Assembly: GCF_037042905.1 (NCBI RefSeq)
Contig: NC_087254.1
Span: 28,830,001 to 28,894,000 of the forward strand
Origin: Lytechinus pictus
Taxonomy: Eukaryota
DNA: 64,000 nt
Reading direction: 5' to 3'
Each line of letters starts with the position of its first letter. Position 1 is the stretch's first letter. A program made the position numbers and the translations under genes. The notes beneath the pieces are model-generated. The model was given only the letters and a program-made list of their open reading frames with translations, was not told the DNA's origin and made no database searches. Of the stretch, positions 1 through 64,000 are shown one piece after another.

Positions 1-259
1 AAAAATAACATGAATAAAGTTCTACTTAAATTTAGAACAGATCAGATCGGATATTACAGAGTCAAGTGACCGATATATACAACTTTGAACACGTCAGTAG
101 TTTATGAAGGCTAGAACCATCTTTCAACATCTAGATACTTCTGTAAAACAGCTACTAGTAAAGAATGATTTTAGAAAAATTCAATAAAAGTATGAATTGA
201 ATTTTATCACATGGTATTATTAGACAGGAGCTGAGAGGGCTGTGAGCTAATGTTCATAC

Positions 260-62158
<61,899 letters not shown>

Positions 62159-62569
62159 CTACAAGTAAAATGTATTGAAATATATGTCAATAAGTAAAAA
62201 TATTAGCAATAAGCTTTTAAAGTCAGAATAAAAATTGATATTTTCATAAAACAATGGTAAAAGGGAGAGGATAATCTTTAAAAAAAGCAACAAAAAAAAG
62301 CCTATATACTATGGAACATAGTAAAAAACTTGAGCTTGGTTTTCACAGGGCTTACAAATATTTTGGGAAAGTTCTGCGAATAATGCAAAAGTAAAATATT
62401 ATCAAAGTCACACATTCACATGTAAAATGTGAATGTTGGGCTCTGCCAATTTTGGCATTTGCCTCCTTTACAAAACTTTGTGTGAGCCCAATGAAAATCA
62501 AACTTAATGAAGTTGGTAAAACTGCTAAAATGGGAGAGTAAAGGATAAACCAAAATATACTTGCTCATC

Positions 62570-64000
62570 CATAACTCATTTAATGTCAAAATAAGATCAG
62601 ATATATGTTTATCAAATTATTTTTGTGAATCTCTTTTTATAGAAATAGTATTGCAACATAGAAAGAATATTGTGGTTGGTGTCATATATAGAGATCCTCA
62701 TGTAGATATCAAAGGCTTTAATGAAAATATTGATGAATGTCTTGACAAATTGTCACATGAAAATAAGTCCATTTACATTATGGGCGACTTTAATATAAAT
62801 TTTCTGAACATTGATTCCAATAAATACATAAATGATTTTGTTAATATTTTATATAATAATTCATTTCGTCCTTTAATAGATAAGCCCACCCGGATTACCA
62901 CCCAATCTTCAACTTTAATCGACAACATTATTACTAACGTACATACTTCTCAAATTCAGACAGGGATATTCTACAGCGACATTACTGATCATCTCCCCAT
63001 ATTCCAAATAAGTAATCTGTATTGCGAACAAAAGACCAATAAAATTCTACCTCCCACTTTACATAAGACAGATACAGCTTCTATAAATTCTCTGAAAAAT
63101 GATTTATCTAATATTTCCTGGGATGAAGTTGTATTATGCAAAGATATTGATAATGCCTATTGTAAATTCATGCACTATTTTAAAACTGCGTACGACAGTA
63201 ACTGTGTATCAATAAGAACAAAAACAAAGCCAAAAATACGCAAGCCATGGATAACAAACTCTTTATTGAAATGCATACATAAAAAAGACAATTTATATAA
63301 ACGTTTTTTAAAAGTAGAAATCAAACAATTGAAAGGAAGTTCAAATCTTACCGAAATAAATTGAACCTTATTCTAAAAAAGGCCAAAAAACAATATTATA
63401 GTAACTTGCTGCAAAAACATAAAAATAATCTTTCTAAGTTGTGGAAAATAATTAATGAGGTTCTTTTTACAAATAAACATAATTTAAATACTTATTTCCT
63501 GAAAGATGGTGTTAAAATAACTGATGATCAAATTATCGTAGAAGAATTTAATACATTTTTTGCTAATATAGCTACCAATATCAAATTAAATATTCCCCAG
63601 TGTTCTAATAATTTTTTGTCTTATCTCTCAAACCAATGTCAATATTCTATATTCTTACATCCAACAAATGAACATGAAATTATTGAAATAGTAAAACATT
63701 TTAAATCAAGTAAAAGCATGGGATTTGATGGAATTAGTCAGTGTGTTATTAAAAAAATAATTCATTTCATAACAAAACCCCTAACACATATCTTTAATGT
63801 ATCATTTTTAACAGGTAGATTCCCAAAGGACATGAAAATAGGGAAAATTATTCCAGTATTTAAAAAAGGGGACTTGCATATATTTTCAAATTATAGACCT
63901 ATTACTTTACTCCCTAGTATTTCCAAAATCTTAGAAAAGTTAATGTACAATAGGCTTATACGGCACATTGATAAAAATAATCTATTAAATAATTCACAAT
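62570..64000 (+). mobile_element. 5'-truncated CR1/L2-type LINE ORF2 (AP endonuclease plus start of RT), antisense to SMG1, running off the window
   Basis: ESLFIEI, VGVIYR, MGDFN, PTR...LIDNI, SDITDH, PWIT; after one -1 shift at about 63310 the frame is open to 64000 (KSMGFDGIS, IPVFKKGD...NYRPITLLPSISKILEK). Confidence 0.92.

Overview
Eukaryotic genomic DNA with AT-rich introns and many MITEs. It is most likely a sea urchin or similar invertebrate deuterostome (inference from repeat style, not verified). The whole window lies inside one minus-strand gene, the nonsense-mediated decay (NMD) PIKK kinase SMG1. I traced 55 GT-AG exons from 62158 down to 260 with fully consistent splice phases (8239 nt, about 2746 codons). 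They cover the HEAT region, FAT, FRB-like and kinase domains ([29 protein letters not shown]) and the start of the post-kinase insertion; both gene ends lie outside the window. The introns hold about 25 non-autonomous DNA transposons (Harbinger-, hAT-, Kolobok-, Tc1/mariner- and piggyBac-like), SINE/LINE debris, a young antisense CR1/L2-type LINE, a decayed antisense Myb/SANT (Harbinger-type) gene, and a 9.5-kb satellite of about 135-bp monomers with higher-order duplications. The most interesting pattern is that tandem duplications have repeatedly produced spare splice sites leading straight to premature stops inside the NMD kinase gene: decoy acceptors at about 14.2-14.5 kb and 22.7 kb, and 59-nt poison-exon-like cassettes in the satellite. 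Whether any of these is used cannot be told from sequence alone. No prokaryotic systems, CRISPR arrays, tRNA or rRNA genes were seen.
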